Below, in pieces: positions 46,756 to 57,673 of a stretch of 64,000 nucleotides of DNA. Each line of letters begins with the position of its first letter. Positions within the stretch are counted from its first letter, which is position 1. The notes under the pieces were generated by a model that did no database searches, was not told the origin of the DNA, and worked only from the letters and a program-made list of their open reading frames with translations. A program made the position numbers and the translations under genes. Location of the stretch: NCBI GenBank assembly GCA_046485045.1, contig JAWOHT010000273.1:648-64647 (forward strand), read 5' to 3'. The stretch is from Bacteroidales bacterium (GTDB taxonomy: Bacteria > Bacteroidota > Bacteroidia > Bacteroidales > UBA10428).

Positions 46756-48108
46756 TTATTTGTTCGATTTAAACTTAATGACCGATATGGTTTTCCACCT
46801 GCCTGTAAGGTAGTAAAAATAGGTCAGTACTGTACCCACAACCCAGGCAACAGGGATGGCCCACCATATTCCCTGTTCGCCGATTTCTTTTGAAAGAAAC
46901 CAGGCAACGGGTATCCTTACCAGAAATAATGAGAAAAATGTAATGAACATCGGCACCAGGGTGTCACCGGTACCCCTCATTACACCATTTATTGCAAACA
47001 TTGCCGAAAAAACAATGTAAGCAGAGCTTACAATTACAAGATATTCTTTTCCAATGCGTATCACTTCGGTTTCTTCCGGGGTGACAAAAAGCTGCATCAG
47101 GAAGTTGCCAAAAAATATCATGATAGCTGTTACAAACAGCGAAATCGCAGAAGACATCAGCAATGTTGATTTCAGCCCGCTTTTAATTCTTTCGGTTTTA
47201 CCTGCCCCTACGTTTTGTCCTACAAAGGTTGATAGTGCCATACCGAAATTCATGGCCGGCAGGGTGGCCAGCATATCGAGTCTTGTAGCTGCGGTATAGG
47301 CTGCTATAACATTTGTTCCGAATTTATTTACAATTCCCTGTACCACTGTCATACCCAACGATACTAAAGTGTGTTGAATACCGGTAGGCAATCCTATCTG
47401 AAGGGTTTTTTTAAAGATTTCGCGGTCGAATTCAAACTCTTTCCATGAAATACGGATAACTTCATGGGTGCGGTTGAGATATATGGCAGCCGTGACAAAA
47501 GCCCCTCCCTGGGCGATAACTGTGGCAATAGCAGCGCCTGCAACGCCCCATCCGAAAACAATCACGAACAGCAAATCGAATGCAATGTTGAACAGGGTTG
47601 AAAGTATGAGAAAGTAAAGCGGCGTTTTGGAATCACCAAGGCCCCTGAGGATGGCACTTGTGGCATTGAACCCGAAAAAACCCACCATTCCGATAAAATT
47701 GATGTTGAGATACACCTTTGCATCGTGCATTAATTCCTGAGGCAGGTCAATAAGCCCAAATAAGGTTTCGCTTAATGAAACACCTAATATTGTAATTGCA
47801 ATTGATGCCCAGAAAAGAAAGATGTATAGCGTGCCAATGGAAGCTTTTACCTTTTCAAAATTCCGCGACCCGAAGTATTGGGCAATAATAACGGTACCTC
47901 CCGATGCTACACCAATAACAAGGGATATGAGGGTAAAAATTATCGGGTGCGAAGAACCAACAGCAGCCAGCGCTTCTTTGCCCAGGAATTTGCCAACGAT
48001 TACACTGTCAACAATGGTATAAAACTGCTGAAAGAGATTGCCAAGCAGCATGGGGGCCGTGAAACCCAGGATTAGCCTCCCTTCATTTCCGCTGGTTAAA
48101 TCTTTCAT
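46756..48108 (-). CDS. MATE-family efflux transporter
   Basis: 450 aa with 12 TM helices. The N-terminal P.....L.Q.....D....G.LG..ALAAV pattern is typical of MATE. Confidence 0.85.
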   Translation of the reverse strand: MKDLTSGNEGRLILGFTAPMLLGNLFQQFYTIVDSVIVGKFLGKEALAAVGSSHPIIFTLISLVIGVASGGTVIIAQYFGSRNFEKVKASIGTLYIFLFWASIAITILGVSLSETLFGLIDLPQELMHDAKVYLNINFIGMVGFFGFNATSAILRGLGDSKTPLYFLILSTLFNIAFDLLFVIVFGWGVAGAAIATVIAQGGAFVTAAIYLNRTHEVIRISWKEFEFDREIFKKTLQIGLPTGIQHTLVSLGMTVVQGIVNKFGTNVIAAYTAATRLDMLATLPAMNFGMALSTFVGQNVGAGKTERIKSGLKSTLLMSSAISLFVTAIMIFFGNFLMQLFVTPEETEVIRIGKEYLVIVSSAYIVFSAMFAINGVMRGTGDTLVPMFITFFSLFLVRIPVAWFLSKEIGEQGIWWAIPVAWVVGTVLTYFYYLTGRWKTISVIKFKSNK

Positions 48109-48307
48109 CTGTTTTAAAAAGAAAAGTCCAAAGGTTATTATTTTCCCCCTAAGAACAAAACTTTATGAATTCAATTTACCGGTATGATCCTTACTGTTTA
48201 ATATTTTGAAAACCATTGCCGGGTTTATATCTTGTGAAGCTGTAAATTACCCCGAAAGTTGTGTATATTTATGTGAATTTTCACGGATTAATAATAATGG
48301 TGATACC

Positions 48308-49744
48308 ATGAAAACGAGACATGACAAATCGAAGACGAAGATTATTGCTACACTTGGCCCGGCATGTTCTTCAAAAGAAATGATGGCTAAATTATTCGAG
48401 GCAGGAATTGACGTCTGCAGGCTTAATTTCTCTCACAGTAATTACCAGAACCATCTCGATGCCATTAAGAATATTCTCGAGCTCAATGAAGAATATTGCT
48501 GCAAGGTTGCCATACTGGCCGACCTGCAAGGCCCCAAGCTTCGTATTGGAGAAGTTGAAAACAACTCAGTTTTTTTATCAGAGGGCGCAGAGGTAATCTT
48601 TACAAACACATGTTGCATTGGCAATTCGCAGAAGATATACATGAGTTATGAACGATTTGCAAGAGACGTAAGCCCGGGTGAATTTGTGTTGCTCGATGAC
48701 GGAAAATTAAAACTGCAGGTGCTTGAAACCGATCACAATGAAGAGGTAAAACTCAGGGTGGTACACGGTGGTATCCTCTCATCGAAAAAGGGGGTCAACC
48801 TGCCCGATACCAAAGTGTCGCTGCCCAGCCTTACCGAAAAAGATATCGAAGATGTTCATTTTATTCTTGAGCACGATGTAGACTGGATAGCGCTTTCTTT
48901 TGTCAGGAGCCCGTCTGATATTCTTGAATTGAAAGATATTATAAAAAAGAAAAAAAAGAGTGTGAAGGTGATAGCCAAAATTGAAAAGCCCGAGGCCCTC
49001 AGAGAAATTGATAACATCATAGATGTTTCAGATGGTATTATGATTGCCCGGGGAGACCTGGGCGTTGAGATTTCCTTCGACAGGGTACCCTTGATTCAGA
49101 AGCAGATCATCACCACATGTATACAACAAGCTAAACCGGTAATTATAGCCACCCAGATGCTTGAGAGTATGATAACAAACTTCAGGCCAACAAGGGCTGA
49201 AGCCAGCGATGTAGCCAACGGGGTTTTCGATGGTGCAGATACACTTATGTTGAGCGGAGAGACCTCTGTGGGCAAATATCCTATCGAAGCAATAAAGGCA
49301 ATGCAGCGTATTATTGATGCTGCAGAAGGCAAGGAGTTTGTCCTGAAACATGATTACCTGCCCGATCCGCAATCTCCCTTTTTTCTCCCCCATTCTACCT
49401 GTTACAACGCATGTAAAATGGCCGACCTGACAGGGGCCGGTGCAATCATTACCTTTACCTATTCTGGCGAAACAGCTTTCAGAATTTCAAGTTACAGGCC
49501 CAAGGCCGATATTTTTGTCTTTTCGTCTAACGAAGCTGTAATCAGAAAATTATCGCTTGTATGGGGAATAAAGGCTTTCTTCCTGTCTCATGTGAACCAT
49601 ATCAACGAAGCTGTTGTAAGGTCGGTTGAAATACTGAAAGAGAAGAGTTTAATTCGCGAAGGCGATGTAGTGGTGCATGTTGGCAGTATACCCATGAAAG
49701 AACAGGGAAAAACCAATATGATGAAAATAAGTTATGTGGATTAA
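48308..49744 (+). CDS. pyk: pyruvate kinase
   Basis: TKIIATLGPA, RLNFSHS, MIARGDLGVEI and MLSGETS motifs. The ORF-track TTG at 48206 adds 34 non-homologous residues, so I use the ATG at 48308. Confidence 0.93.
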   Translation: MKTRHDKSKTKIIATLGPACSSKEMMAKLFEAGIDVCRLNFSHSNYQNHLDAIKNILELNEEYCCKVAILADLQGPKLRIGEVENNSVFLSEGAEVIFTNTCCIGNSQKIYMSYERFARDVSPGEFVLLDDGKLKLQVLETDHNEEVKLRVVHGGILSSKKGVNLPDTKVSLPSLTEKDIEDVHFILEHDVDWIALSFVRSPSDILELKDIIKKKKKSVKVIAKIEKPEALREIDNIIDVSDGIMIARGDLGVEISFDRVPLIQKQIITTCIQQAKPVIIATQMLESMITNFRPTRAEASDVANGVFDGADTLMLSGETSVGKYPIEAIKAMQRIIDAAEGKEFVLKHDYLPDPQSPFFLPHSTCYNACKMADLTGAGAIITFTYSGETAFRISSYRPKADIFVFSSNEAVIRKLSLVWGIKAFFLSHVNHINEAVVRSVEILKEKSLIREGDVVVHVGSIPMKEQGKTNMMKISYVD

Positions 49745-50610
49745 TGACTGCCAGGGTAGAAAAAATGCTTTTGAAAGTAGAATCGGCCTTGCTGATCGAA
49801 CTTTTTAACAGAAGTAAGGAGCTTTTTGTTGAAAAGCCCTTGCCTTCACACGATCATACCCATCACTTAAGGGTATGGCTGCATGCCCGAAATTTGCTTA
49901 ACGAACTGGCCGGTGAAAGGTTTAAACTTACAGATAGAGAAATTGTTAAGCTCATCATCGCTGTCTTTTTCCACGATACAGGATTAACCAAAACCTATAA
50001 ATCAACACACGGGCTTGAAAGCCGGATGATTTGCCAACAATATCTTACACAAAAAGATGACATTTCAGAAGAAGACAGGCTTGAAATACTGGAGGCAGTA
50101 GAGAAACATGACGATAAATCTTATATTTTCAGCAGAAACAAAACAGACCTTTTTTCTTTGCTTTCTGTATCAGATGATCTTGATGCCTACGGAGCAATAG
50201 GTGTTTACAGATATTTTGAGATTTATAAACTCAGGGGCATCAATGAAGCATTGATTCCTTCGAGGGTGTATGAAAACATCACAAAACGTTTTGCATTTTT
50301 AGAAAAAAACTTTTTACATTTAAAGGTATTTGTCAGAAAACATAAAGCCCGGAAGAATTATACACAGCAATTTTTCAGGCAATTTATGGTAAATGATCAA
50401 GAGAAGCGGGAACTGGCCCTTAATAGTTTTAAAACATTGAATTTATTGATGCAGCATGCTTTTCAGTATAAAAACGGACTGGGTTTTGTGCTAAACGAAG
50501 ACCCTGCCTCATTTGCAAACGATGAATTGTCAATGCGCCTGGTAAATGACATAAAAAATGAAGTGATACATGTAAAAAATGAATTAAATTTAATCCGCAT
50601 TAACTATTAA
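49744..50610 (+). CDS. HD-domain metal-dependent phosphohydrolase
   Basis: H...HD...D pattern (HDHTHHLRV, FFHDTG, SDDLDAYG). The ATG overlaps the pyk stop by 1 nt (TAATG). Confidence 0.7.
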   Translation: MTARVEKMLLKVESALLIELFNRSKELFVEKPLPSHDHTHHLRVWLHARNLLNELAGERFKLTDREIVKLIIAVFFHDTGLTKTYKSTHGLESRMICQQYLTQKDDISEEDRLEILEAVEKHDDKSYIFSRNKTDLFSLLSVSDDLDAYGAIGVYRYFEIYKLRGINEALIPSRVYENITKRFAFLEKNFLHLKVFVRKHKARKNYTQQFFRQFMVNDQEKRELALNSFKTLNLLMQHAFQYKNGLGFVLNEDPASFANDELSMRLVNDIKNEVIHVKNELNLIRINY

Positions 50611-50643
50611 CCCAATCCTTAAACCGTAAAAAGTATTACTGTT

Positions 50644-51792
50644 ATGAAGCAAGTATTTCTGTTTTCGATCGTTCCGATGGTGATTTTTTATTTGCCCGGG
50701 CTTACTGCGCAGCAGGATGAGAACTTGTTTAGGGCGCTTAAAAAGCACAGCGATGCTGTAAATGCCATAGCTTTTTCCGAAGATGGAAAATACCTGGCAT
50801 CCGGAGGAGAGGATAAGGCTGTTTATATCTGGGATTTCAGCACCGGTGAGGTGGTATTTTCAAACACCAAAAATTATTTCCCGGTAAAAAGCCTTAGCTT
50901 TTTAGATCAGGAAATTTTGGCCACTTCCGGTACAGATATTAAAATTGTTGATTTTGAAGGAAACCTGAAAATTGCCTTCAAAGGTTATACCACCCATGTC
51001 TGGTCGTTTGACTTTAACAAAAAAAACGGAAAACTGATAGCAGGATCATACTCCAAAAAGGTACATATCTGGGATATTCATTCTGCTGCCATTACAACCA
51101 CCCTCGAAGGCCATGATAAAAATGTACTTGCCACCTGTTTATCACCCGACGGAGATTATGCTGTTACAGGGTCACTCGACAGGTCGGTAAGGGTCTGGGA
51201 TGCAGCTTCAGGAATAGAGTTAATGAAACTCGAAAGGCATTCGGATAATATCCTGGTGGTGAAGTTTCATCCTTCGGGCAGGTATTTTGCCAGTGGCTCG
51301 CTTGATAAAACCGTAAGGTTATGGGACCTTGATTCGGGCCGGGTGGTAAAAACATACTCCGGTCATGAAAAAGGTATTATAGATATGGATTTCAGTCCCG
51401 ACGGTTACTATCTTGCCACTGCATCGGTAGACAATACCGTGGTACTTTGGGAAGTATATACCGGCAAAAAGCTATACTCTTTTGTAGACCATGAAGGGGC
51501 TGTAAATGCCGTAAAATTCAATAACGATGGCAACTATCTCGCTTCGGGCTCATCTGACAAATTGGTTATGGTCTGGAAACTGAATAAAAGCATTTTTTGC
51601 AACTTTTATTTTCAGGATGAAATAGACGATGAGATTTCACAATCTGACCTTTACGGGCCGAAACGAAAAGATGAAAACAAGCAGCAGTATGAGGAGCGAC
51701 AACAGCAGGCCAACAAGACTCTTGAAGAGTTGTATGACCGGTATTACCAGGAATATCTGAAAATAAGGCACGGTCAAAAGATAACAGAATAA
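50644..51792 (+). CDS. secreted WD40-repeat beta-propeller protein
   Basis: Signal peptide followed by about 7 WD40 units (H...V.....SPDG.YLASGS.D..V..WD). The C-terminal tail is charged and Gln-rich. Confidence 0.8.
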   Translation: MKQVFLFSIVPMVIFYLPGLTAQQDENLFRALKKHSDAVNAIAFSEDGKYLASGGEDKAVYIWDFSTGEVVFSNTKNYFPVKSLSFLDQEILATSGTDIKIVDFEGNLKIAFKGYTTHVWSFDFNKKNGKLIAGSYSKKVHIWDIHSAAITTTLEGHDKNVLATCLSPDGDYAVTGSLDRSVRVWDAASGIELMKLERHSDNILVVKFHPSGRYFASGSLDKTVRLWDLDSGRVVKTYSGHEKGIIDMDFSPDGYYLATASVDNTVVLWEVYTGKKLYSFVDHEGAVNAVKFNNDGNYLASGSSDKLVMVWKLNKSIFCNFYFQDEIDDEISQSDLYGPKRKDENKQQYEERQQQANKTLEELYDRYYQEYLKIRHGQKITE

Positions 51793-51833
51793 GATATCCC
51801 GTAATACTCACAAAATAATTCTCAATGTTGTAT

Positions 51834-52787
51834 CTATTCTGTCCATACCACTTGCCGGGCTCCTAAAGGCAGAGTTATCTTTCTGACATTTGTACCATCA
51901 GCGTTCATTACATAAATCTCATCATTTCTGTCAAATACAATTTTCGTCCCATCAGGCGACCATGAAGGAGTTCCACCGTTATTTAAAAGGTTCAGGTTTT
52001 GGCCATCCGGGGTTACTACCTGAATTCCTTCATCACTCTGATAAACAATTTTCGTTCCGTCAGGCGACCACTTTGGTCTGATATTATTACTCCCGGTTAC
52101 GGTAAGTTTTTTCCAGTCAGTGCCATTTGAATTCATTAACCAAATCTGGTATCCTGATGAATAGTATTTACTGTTGATGGTATCAATCTGAGCGTGTACA
52201 AATGCTATCTTGCTTCCATCGGGCGACCAGGCAGGATTACCGTCAAAAAAAAGGTGACTGGTGATTCTTACATCACCACCGGTTCCGTTGGCATTCGAAG
52301 TGTAAAGATTTGCATTTATTATGGTTGTGCCATTATCTTCAATAACTGCATCTCGGTAAGATTCATATATAATTTTGTTGCCATCAGGCGACCATGACGG
52401 CCATTCTTCCCCATAACTTTTATCAACCGGGTCATGGGTAATCTGTGTTATGCCGGTACCATCAGCATTCATTACATATATTTCTGAAGATGCACCATAT
52501 CCGTATGCATAAAATGCAATTTTTGATCCATCAGGCGACCATGCAGGCTGAATGTCGTTTACATTATTATCGGTTAATTTCCGAAGGTCAGTTCCGTCAG
52601 CATTCACAGTATATATTTCACCATCGTTATCGTCATAAGAGACAAAGGCAAATTTACCTGTTAATGGCTGTTCTTCTTTTTTATTATCCTCTTCATCCTT
52701 ATCCGAATTTTTGGAGCAGGATATAAATAATATCGTTCCTGTTATAAGTAATATTATCAAGTAATTGAATCTGATTATTTTTTTCAT
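51834..52787 (-). CDS. PD40/TolB-like beta-propeller lipoprotein
   Basis: Lipobox LFISC, an acidic linker, then repeated W/PSWSPDG.KI.F units typical of PD40 repeats. Confidence 0.8.
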   Translation of the reverse strand: MKKIIRFNYLIILLITGTILFISCSKNSDKDEEDNKKEEQPLTGKFAFVSYDDNDGEIYTVNADGTDLRKLTDNNVNDIQPAWSPDGSKIAFYAYGYGASSEIYVMNADGTGITQITHDPVDKSYGEEWPSWSPDGNKIIYESYRDAVIEDNGTTIINANLYTSNANGTGGDVRITSHLFFDGNPAWSPDGSKIAFVHAQIDTINSKYYSSGYQIWLMNSNGTDWKKLTVTGSNNIRPKWSPDGTKIVYQSDEGIQVVTPDGQNLNLLNNGGTPSWSPDGTKIVFDRNDEIYVMNADGTNVRKITLPLGARQVVWTE

Positions 52788-52946
52788 TTCATTTCCTCCT
52801 TCTCGTTTTTTTATTTTTACGATAATTATGAAATGATTGTTTTCTTTTTAAAGAATATTCATCAGGATACCCCACATTTTTATAATACACCCTCATTTAC
52901 TTTGTTATAAACCAAACAAGATAAAATATTCTTTTACATTGACATT

Positions 52947-52961
52947 AGAAATTCTGACTTA
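52947..52961 (-). repeat. 15-nt motif AGAAATTCTGACTTA, copy 2 (3' flank of parC)
   Basis: Identical to 16907-16921. It lies 21 nt beyond the parC stop codon. Confidence 0.8.
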
Positions 52962-52982
52962 CCTAAAACGTTAAATATCAAC

Positions 52983-55619
52983 CTACAAAAACTCAAAGGT
53001 CATCTGTTCTCCGTTGGTGTCCTTATTTTGAACAGGTTCCTGCTTCTTCTGTTCTGCTTCTTTAATCTCTTCAGCCTTGGTTTTAATGGGTTCCAGTTCT
53101 TTTACCAGCGCTACTTCGTAATTCGACAGGCGTTTCCCTTTGGCTTTATAGCCCTTTATTCCAATGAATTCAGCCACTTCGATAATTTCATTGGTACGGT
53201 TTTTATTCTTACCGCCAAATTCAATCTCCAGCCGCGGGAAATCTACTTCGGTAATTCTAATGAGTTTCGACCCCTCTTCTTCACCGATAAAACTGGCTGG
53301 TTTCTCAGAGAATTCAAGGTTGAATCTTTTCAGGTAATAGTAATTCTGGGCGGCATCGAAATATACCGCCGAGTAAACCTTTTCAGGGTTAAATTTTTCA
53401 ATAAGTATAAGGTCATCTTCAAAGTGGTTGGAAAGGTCGAATGAGGAGGTACGAAAATAACCCATTTTGTTGACAACCAGCAGCTTGTCATCGTCTTTAA
53501 ATTCCCCAAGGTATCTTCCACGGGCATCGTGGTTTAACCTTAAAACATCTTCGTCGAACCATATTTTTCTGCCACCCAGGGTAGAGCCACCTTTCTCTTT
53601 CAGCTGTATTTTTGTAACACCGTAGCGGGTAACGATGTTTCCCAATGAGTTTTTGCCTTTAATGGTAAGTTCGCCGAAATCAACCTCCATCATAAGATTT
53701 CGCAACCTGGGACGGGGTTTCAGCAATATCTTTATAATTTCCGCTTCACCATTGGGATTGGCGCTCAGGTACAGAATTTTTGAACCCGGCGAACCCTGGG
53801 TCAGAAAATATTCTTTGTCACGCATAAGGCCGGTAATGGCGCATCTTTTCATGTATGTGACACCCGTTTTCCCTTCACGGTAAATAATATTGTAAATGGT
53901 ACGTGAGTCGTTTTTCTTGAAAACTGTTGTATGAATAATGTCTTTACCAACGAACGCTTTATCCGTTATTTTAAGAATCTGGTACGAACCATCTCTTTTA
54001 ATCACAATAATATCATCAATGTCTGAACAATCGCAGACATATTCATCTTTTTTAAGCGAAGTACCAATAAAGCCTTCTTCTCTGTTCACATAAAGTTTCT
54101 CATTGGCTACAACCACCTTGGTGGCTTCTATGGTGTCGAAACTGCGTATTTCGGTTTTTCTTTCCCTGCCTTTGCCGTATTTTTCTTTAATCCGTTGAAA
54201 GTATTTTATGGTAAAGGGAACAATGTTATTTATGTTGTTTTTAACAAGCTTCATTTCGGCTTCGATGGCTTTAATCTGCTCATCGGCTTTAAAAGAGCTG
54301 TATTTAGATATTCTTTTAATTGGAATATTAGAAAGCCTGATAATATCTTCGCGGTTTACTTTGCGCAGGAGTTGAGGTTTAAACGGGTCAAGGCTTTTAT
54401 CTATGGTTTTTAGTATCTCTTCTTCTGTTTTACAGGTTTTGATGTTTTCGTACAGTTCGTTCACAATAAATATCTTTTCGAGCGATGAGGTGTGCAATGA
54501 ATCCTCCAGTTCCGAAAACCTTATTTCAAGCTCTTTTTTTAAAAGCCCGAGGGTACGGTTGGTTGAAATTCTAAGCATCTCTTTAGCTCCTAAAAACCGG
54601 GGTTTATTGTCTTCGATAACGCACGAATTGGGCGATATGGGTGTTTCGCAGTCGGTAAAGGCATAGAGCGCATCAATGGTATTGTCGGGCGAAATGCCGG
54701 GTGCCAGGTGAATGAGTATTTCTACATCGCGTGCCGTGTTGTCGTCAATTTTTCTGATTTTTATTTTACCCTTGTCATTCGCTTTGATAATAGATTCTAT
54801 AAGTGTGGAAGTGGTTTTACCAAAAGGAAGTTCTGTAATGGCGAGGGTTTTCTTATCAATTTTCGCAATTCGTGCACGTACTTTAACCATACCGCCCCGG
54901 AGGCCATCGTTGTAGCGCGAAAAATCGGCAAGTCCCCCGGTGGGGAAATCGGGATATAAGGAAAAATCTTTGCCTTCGAGTGTTGCAATTGAAGCGTCAA
55001 TAAGTTCGACAAAATTATGCGGCAGTATTTTTGATGCAAGACCTACAGCAATGCCCTCAACACCCTGTGCCAATAAAAGCGGAAATTTTACCGGCAGTGT
55101 TACGGGTTCTTTGTTTCGTCCGTCATATGATGATTTCCAGGTGGTGGTTTTAGGGTTGAAGACCACCTCGAGCGCAAATTTCGAAAGCCGTGCCTCAATA
55201 TACCTCGAGGCTGCAGCGCTGTCGCCGGTGAGGATATTGCCCCAGTTACCCTGTGTATCAATAAGCAGGTCTTTTTGTCCCATCTGCACAAGAGCATCGC
55301 CGATGGAGGCGTCACCGTGCGGGTGGTATTGCATTGTATGACCAATGATATTTGCGACTTTGTTATACCTTCCGTCGTCGAGGTTACGCATGGAGTGAAG
55401 AATTCTTCTCTGAACCGGTTTTAATCCGTCATGAAGATGAGGAACAGCCCTTTCGAGGATTACATACGAAGCATAGTCAAGAAACCAGTCCTGATACATG
55501 CCCGATAATTTTGAAACATGTTCGGTAGGGTTATATTGGTCTTCGGAAGTATTGTCTTCCTGATCGGGGTTATTTTCTTTCTGAATATCTTCGTTAAGGT
55601 CAAGATCGTCTGTGCTCAT
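52983..55619 (-). CDS. parC: DNA topoisomerase IV subunit A
   Basis: Type IIA A-subunit motifs (DGLKPVQRRILH, the catalytic Tyr context AASRYIEARL). I found no GyrA-box (QRRGGKG) in the C-terminal domain. The gene is adjacent to a B subunit, as is usual for Bacteroidota parE-parC. Confidence 0.85.
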   Translation of the reverse strand: MSTDDLDLNEDIQKENNPDQEDNTSEDQYNPTEHVSKLSGMYQDWFLDYASYVILERAVPHLHDGLKPVQRRILHSMRNLDDGRYNKVANIIGHTMQYHPHGDASIGDALVQMGQKDLLIDTQGNWGNILTGDSAAASRYIEARLSKFALEVVFNPKTTTWKSSYDGRNKEPVTLPVKFPLLLAQGVEGIAVGLASKILPHNFVELIDASIATLEGKDFSLYPDFPTGGLADFSRYNDGLRGGMVKVRARIAKIDKKTLAITELPFGKTTSTLIESIIKANDKGKIKIRKIDDNTARDVEILIHLAPGISPDNTIDALYAFTDCETPISPNSCVIEDNKPRFLGAKEMLRISTNRTLGLLKKELEIRFSELEDSLHTSSLEKIFIVNELYENIKTCKTEEEILKTIDKSLDPFKPQLLRKVNREDIIRLSNIPIKRISKYSSFKADEQIKAIEAEMKLVKNNINNIVPFTIKYFQRIKEKYGKGRERKTEIRSFDTIEATKVVVANEKLYVNREEGFIGTSLKKDEYVCDCSDIDDIIVIKRDGSYQILKITDKAFVGKDIIHTTVFKKNDSRTIYNIIYREGKTGVTYMKRCAITGLMRDKEYFLTQGSPGSKILYLSANPNGEAEIIKILLKPRPRLRNLMMEVDFGELTIKGKNSLGNIVTRYGVTKIQLKEKGGSTLGGRKIWFDEDVLRLNHDARGRYLGEFKDDDKLLVVNKMGYFRTSSFDLSNHFEDDLILIEKFNPEKVYSAVYFDAAQNYYYLKRFNLEFSEKPASFIGEEEGSKLIRITEVDFPRLEIEFGGKNKNRTNEIIEVAEFIGIKGYKAKGKRLSNYEVALVKELEPIKTKAEEIKEAEQKKQEPVQNKDTNGEQMTFEFL

Positions 55620-55648
55620 ATTGTTTCTGCTGTTGAAAAAATTTACAA

Positions 55649-57496
55649 CTAAGCCTCAACCAGGTCTTCTTCTACCCGGAGGTTTTCGATGATAAATTCC
55701 TGGCGTTCGGTAGTGTTTTTTCCCATATAAAAGGGGAGAAGTTTGGTTACTGAGTCTTCTTTTTTAAGCCTTACCGGTTCAAGCCGTATATCTTTGCCAA
55801 TAAAATGCCTGAACTCATCGGGCGAAATTTCACCCAAACCTTTAAACCGCGTTATTTCAGGATTCGGGCCGAGTCTGGCAATAGCCTTTGCCCGTTCGTC
55901 TGTAGTGTAGCAATACATCGTCTCTTTCTTGTTTCTTACCCTGAAGAGGGGTGTCTGCAGGATATACAGGTGGGCGTTGCGTACCAGTTCGGGAAAAAAC
56001 TGCAAAAAGAAGGTGATAAGCAGCAAGCGGATATGCATACCGTCAACATCGGCATCGGTAGCTATCACTACGTTATTGTAACGAATATTCTCAATTCCGT
56101 CTTCGATGTTAAGGGCTGCCTGCAACAGGTTGAACTCTTCGTTCTCATAAACAATTTTTTTGGTCAATCCGAAGGTGTTCAAAGGTTTCCCTTTGAGGCT
56201 GAAAACCGCCTGGGTGCTCACATCACGCGATTTGGTGATTGATCCGCTGGCCGAATCGCCTTCGGTAATGAACAGGGTAGTCTCCAGTCTGCGGTTGTCA
56301 TCATCATTGTAATGAAGCTTACAATCTCTTAATTTTCGGTTATGCAGGTTGGCTTTCTTTGCCCTCTCGCGGGCCATCTTCTGTATGCCCGAAATGGCCT
56401 TTCGCTCTTTTTCAGACTCGATTATTTTTTTCAGAAGAATATCGGCAGTTTCGGGATGTTTGTGCAGGAAATTGTCGAGTTGTTTTTTAATAAAATCGGT
56501 AATAAAATTCCTTACCGAAGGGCCCGCCGGACCCATATCTCTTGAGCCAAGCTTTGTTTTGGTCTGCGACTCAAAAACAGGTTCTTCAATTTTTACCGAA
56601 ATAGCTGCAATAAGAGACGATCTGACATCTGATGGTTCAAATTCTTTTTTATAAAATTCACGAATGGTTTTAACCACCGCTTCTTTAAAGGCTATGAGAT
56701 GCGTGCCTCCCTGAACAGTATACTGTCCGTTGACAAATGAATAATATGTTTCTCCATATTGGTCGCCATGAGTCAACGCAATTTCAATATCATTATCTTT
56801 AAGATGGATAATCGGGTAAAGGCATTCACTCGTGATGTTCTCATTCAGCAGGTCGAGCAAACCGTCTTTTGAAAAATAATTAACCCCGTTAAGCCTGATG
56901 ATAAGCCCTGCATTCAGGTAAACATAGTTTTTTACCATGTTTTCGATATAGTCGTCAATATACCTGAAAGTGCCAAAAAGCTTTTCATCCGGAGTAAAAC
57001 ATACCCTCGTACCGTTTTTCTGGTCTGACTCTTTTTCGGGAAAGTCGCTCAGCAGGGTGCCTTCTTCAAATTGCAGCGCTTTTACTTTTCCTTCACGAAA
57101 AGATTGAATCTCAAAACCCGATGAAAGTGCATTCACGGCCTTGATACCTACTCCGTTAAGACCTACAGATTTTTTAAAGACCTTTGAATCGTATTTGGCG
57201 CCGGTATTCATTTTCGATACCACGTCTATTACTTTGCCCAGGGGTATGCCACGGCCATAGTCCCTTACGGTAACAAGGCTTTCATTAATATTGATTTCAA
57301 TGAGTTTTCCGAACCCCATCATGAACTCATCTATGGAGTTATCGAGTGTTTCTTTAAGAAGAACATATATTCCATCGTCTGGAGATGAACCGTCACCCAG
57401 CTTGCCAATATACATGCCAGGACGTTTCCTGATATGCTCTTTCCAGTCGAGCGTTTTTATCGCATCTTCGGTATATGCTGCTGCTGCTGCGTTCAT
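55649..57496 (-). CDS. parE: DNA topoisomerase IV subunit B
   Basis: GHKL ATPase and TOPRIM motifs ([47 protein letters not shown]). I use the ATG at 57496 because the ORF-track TTG extension contains the predicted -7 box. Confidence 0.85.
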   Translation of the reverse strand: MNAAAAAYTEDAIKTLDWKEHIRKRPGMYIGKLGDGSSPDDGIYVLLKETLDNSIDEFMMGFGKLIEININESLVTVRDYGRGIPLGKVIDVVSKMNTGAKYDSKVFKKSVGLNGVGIKAVNALSSGFEIQSFREGKVKALQFEEGTLLSDFPEKESDQKNGTRVCFTPDEKLFGTFRYIDDYIENMVKNYVYLNAGLIIRLNGVNYFSKDGLLDLLNENITSECLYPIIHLKDNDIEIALTHGDQYGETYYSFVNGQYTVQGGTHLIAFKEAVVKTIREFYKKEFEPSDVRSSLIAAISVKIEEPVFESQTKTKLGSRDMGPAGPSVRNFITDFIKKQLDNFLHKHPETADILLKKIIESEKERKAISGIQKMARERAKKANLHNRKLRDCKLHYNDDDNRRLETTLFITEGDSASGSITKSRDVSTQAVFSLKGKPLNTFGLTKKIVYENEEFNLLQAALNIEDGIENIRYNNVVIATDADVDGMHIRLLLITFFLQFFPELVRNAHLYILQTPLFRVRNKKETMYCYTTDERAKAIARLGPNPEITRFKGLGEISPDEFRHFIGKDIRLEPVRLKKEDSVTKLLPFYMGKNTTERQEFIIENLRVEEDLVEA

Positions 57497-57514
57497 ACTA
57501 CTTTTATTTTGGGG

Positions 57515-57522
57515 CAAATATA
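57515..57522 (-). promoter_or_regulatory. candidate -7 box (TATATTTG) for parE
   Basis: Perfect TAnnTTTG match on the - strand, 19 nt upstream of the ATG at 57496. Confidence 0.35.
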
Positions 57523-57673
57523 GGTAAAACTCCAGATGATTAGGAATTTCTTTATCAACAGTGAAATTAACAATCAATACATGCTAAAATGATTTAACAT
57601 TCATTTTTTCAGGCGGTTAAACTGTTGAAAAATATTTCCGGCTATTTGTTGGTATTATGTAACTGGCTGGTAT

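Noticed and set aside
48943-48958. A6-G-A8 run inside pyk (KKKKK)
   Set aside because: It encodes a Lys-rich surface loop of an essential enzyme. A/T runs of this size are common in this AT-leaning genome, so it is not a credible contingency tract.
57476-57490. (GCA)5 trinucleotide repeat right after the parE start codon (Ala5)
   Set aside because: It is in-frame, short, and within an N-terminal region that tolerates variation. Length changes would not shift the frame, so there is no evidence of a switch.
52983-57496. Calling the type IIA topoisomerase pair gyrA/gyrB
   Set aside because: The genes are adjacent in B-then-A order. The A subunit lacks a recognisable GyrA box. The B subunit has NTGAKYD and EGDSASGS variants that I associate with Bacteroidota ParE. 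parE/parC is preferred, though a phylogeny would settle it.
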